A DNA stretch of 64,000 bases, taken from positions 1,120,001-1,184,000 of the forward strand of contig CAXXKM010000001.1 in the NCBI GenBank assembly GCA_963664435.2, in the 5' to 3' direction. The notes under the pieces were generated by a model that saw only the letters and a program-made list of their open reading frames with translations, was not told where the DNA came from and ran no database searches. The position numbers and the translations under genes are program-made. This DNA is from Longimicrobiales bacterium (GTDB taxonomy: Bacteria; Gemmatimonadota; Gemmatimonadetes; Longimicrobiales; Gaopeijiaceae). Below are positions 62,406 through 64,000 of the stretch, piece by piece; the stretch's first letter is position 1, and every line of letters starts with the position of its first letter.

Positions 62406-63377
62406 CTAGGACGCGGCCGTCGCCATCAGGTGGTCCACGTGATGGTCTTCGCTGCAGTCCGCGGCCGAAGTCTCGAGCTGAATCGTGATATGCTCGATTC
62501 CGAAGTCCTCGTATGCGATGTGCCGGATGCGGTCCAGCATCGCGTCGTGGTCCTCGTCGTGTTCGGGATCCACCAGCACGTGCGCGGTGAGTGCTTCGTA
62601 TCCGGGCGTCAGCGTCCAAACGTGGATATCGTGGATGACGGTGACACCGGCCAGTTCCTCGATCCTGCTGCACAGGCTATAGACGTCGACGTGTTCGGGA
62701 ACGCCTTCCAGCAGCACGTGGATCACCTTGGCGAGCAGGCGCCAGGTGCTGAGCAGAATCAGGATGGCCACCACGGCGCCGGAGATCGGGTCGGCGACAT
62801 CCCAGTCGTAGGCCCACACCAGGATCGCGGACACGACGACCGCGACCGAGCCCAGCAGATCGGCGATCACGTGCCTGTAGGCCGCCTCGACGTTGACGCT
62901 GTGTCTGGCGGAGGCGTGCAGCATCCAGGCGACCAGCGCGTTGATGCCGAACCCGATGGCCCCGATGATCAGCATCAGCCCGCCCTCGACATCGTGATCG
63001 TGATCGCCGGCGATGCCGCCCGTGATGCGGTCGTAGGCCTCGATCAGCACCAGCGTCGAGACCACCCACAGGGTGAGGGCGTTCACCAGCGCCGCCAGTA
63101 TTTCCGCTCGATGGTAGCCGAAGGTGCGGTGCGCGGTGGCTGCGCGGGCGGCGAAGTGAACGGCGAACAGGGCGAGCCCGATCGACGCCGCGTCGGTGAA
63201 CATGTGTCCGGCGTGCGCCAGCAGCGAAAGGCTTCCAGCGAGGACGCCGCCGACGATGTCGACGAGCATGTACCCCAGCTTCATGACCATGGCGATCGTG
63301 AGGGCGCGGATGCTCGCGCCGCGCAGTTCGTCCATGGGTTCGTGGCTGTGGGCGTGGTCGCGCGAGTTGGCGGTCAT
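62406..63377 (-). CDS. Cation diffusion facilitator (CzcD/ZitB-like)
   Basis: HAGHMFTD and YRHVIAD metal site; His-rich N-terminus. Confidence 0.9.
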   Translation of the reverse strand: MTANSRDHAHSHEPMDELRGASIRALTIAMVMKLGYMLVDIVGGVLAGSLSLLAHAGHMFTDAASIGLALFAVHFAARAATAHRTFGYHRAEILAALVNALTLWVVSTLVLIEAYDRITGGIAGDHDHDVEGGLMLIIGAIGFGINALVAWMLHASARHSVNVEAAYRHVIADLLGSVAVVVSAILVWAYDWDVADPISGAVVAILILLSTWRLLAKVIHVLLEGVPEHVDVYSLCSRIEELAGVTVIHDIHVWTLTPGYEALTAHVLVDPEHDEDHDAMLDRIRHIAYEDFGIEHITIQLETSAADCSEDHHVDHLMATAAS

Positions 63378-63474
63378 CGGGCCCTCCCGGGATGGCGGTG
63401 CGCTTTCCCTGCGGATTGGCAGGCATACTGGGGACCGCGTCGGCGAAAGTCCACGACGCGCCCGGTTCGAGCCC

Positions 63475-64000
63475 TCAGTGCCGGTGATCCTCACGCCCCT
63501 GGTGAAGGACCACATGCAGGAGGGTGCCCGCCACAAAGGCTTCCAGGAGCCTGCCGTCGACAACGGTCAGTTCCGTCATCAGGCCCGCGCCCACCAGGTA
63601 CCCCGCCAGCGTCGCACAGATGATCGCGGCGATCCCCGCGAACGCCATCGCCGCGCCGTGACGCGGCGCCACCAGCCACCAGATCAGCAATCCCAGCGCC
63701 ACCCGGTGCACCACCACCGCCATAACGAAGGCCGGGGACGCGCCCGCGGTGAGCGCGCTCCCTTCCACCAGCGCGTGCACGGAGAGGCCCAGCACGGCGA
63801 ACAGGATCGTGACGTCGTCCGTATGGCGCGCCAGGGTGTGCGACAGTCGCTCGACCACCGCGACCAGCCCGGCCCCGAGCGCGACCACCACGACGGGCAC
63901 CAGGCTCCGGTCGGCCCAGGCGTGCGGCAATACCTGGATCGCCACGAGCAGCGGCAACGCAACGATGACCGCCGCATCGAGCAGCCGGACGGTGCGCGCC
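63475..64000 (-). CDS. ZIP-like/permease membrane protein, 3' part (runs off window end)
   Basis: GLSVHALVEG, VVVHRV, AGTLLHVV. Confidence 0.55.
   Translation of the reverse strand, partial: ARTVRLLDAAVIVALPLLVAIQVLPHAWADRSLVPVVVVALGAGLVAVVERLSHTLARHTDDVTILFAVLGLSVHALVEGSALTAGASPAFVMAVVVHRVALGLLIWWLVAPRHGAAMAFAGIAAIICATLAGYLVGAGLMTELTVVDGRLLEAFVAGTLLHVVLHQGREDHRH

Overview
High-GC bacterial chromosomal window, mostly secreted/lipoprotein hydrolases, transporters and oxidoreductases (katG, gdhA, TRAP, CDF, M28/S9 peptidases, TonB receptor, ERG4/ERG24-like sterol reductase). The gene style suggests a Gemmatimonadota-like, possibly host-associated organism (inference only). The main discovery is an ~8.9 kb integrative mobilizable element (37424-46306) bounded by a 9-bp direct repeat (GTTGCGGTA). 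It splits a DPP-IV/S9 peptidase gene; removing it restores a 791-aa in-frame ORF with its signal peptide. The element carries a tyrosine recombinase, a ColE1-style mobC-mobA(relaxase)-mobB-mobD module with nested genes and an oriT-like hairpin, relics of a second mobC/oriT and of an IS110, and two different 'small secreted HExxH protein + lipoprotein' gene pairs as cargo. Elsewhere there are several toxin-antitoxin islets (two with internally deleted toxins), an Rpn nuclease with an internal RBS/ATG for a small inhibitor, and a phased 23-bp repeat array upstream of a DUF4143 ATPase. No rRNA, tRNA or CRISPR array was recognised. Family calls come from motif recognition by eye, not database searches.
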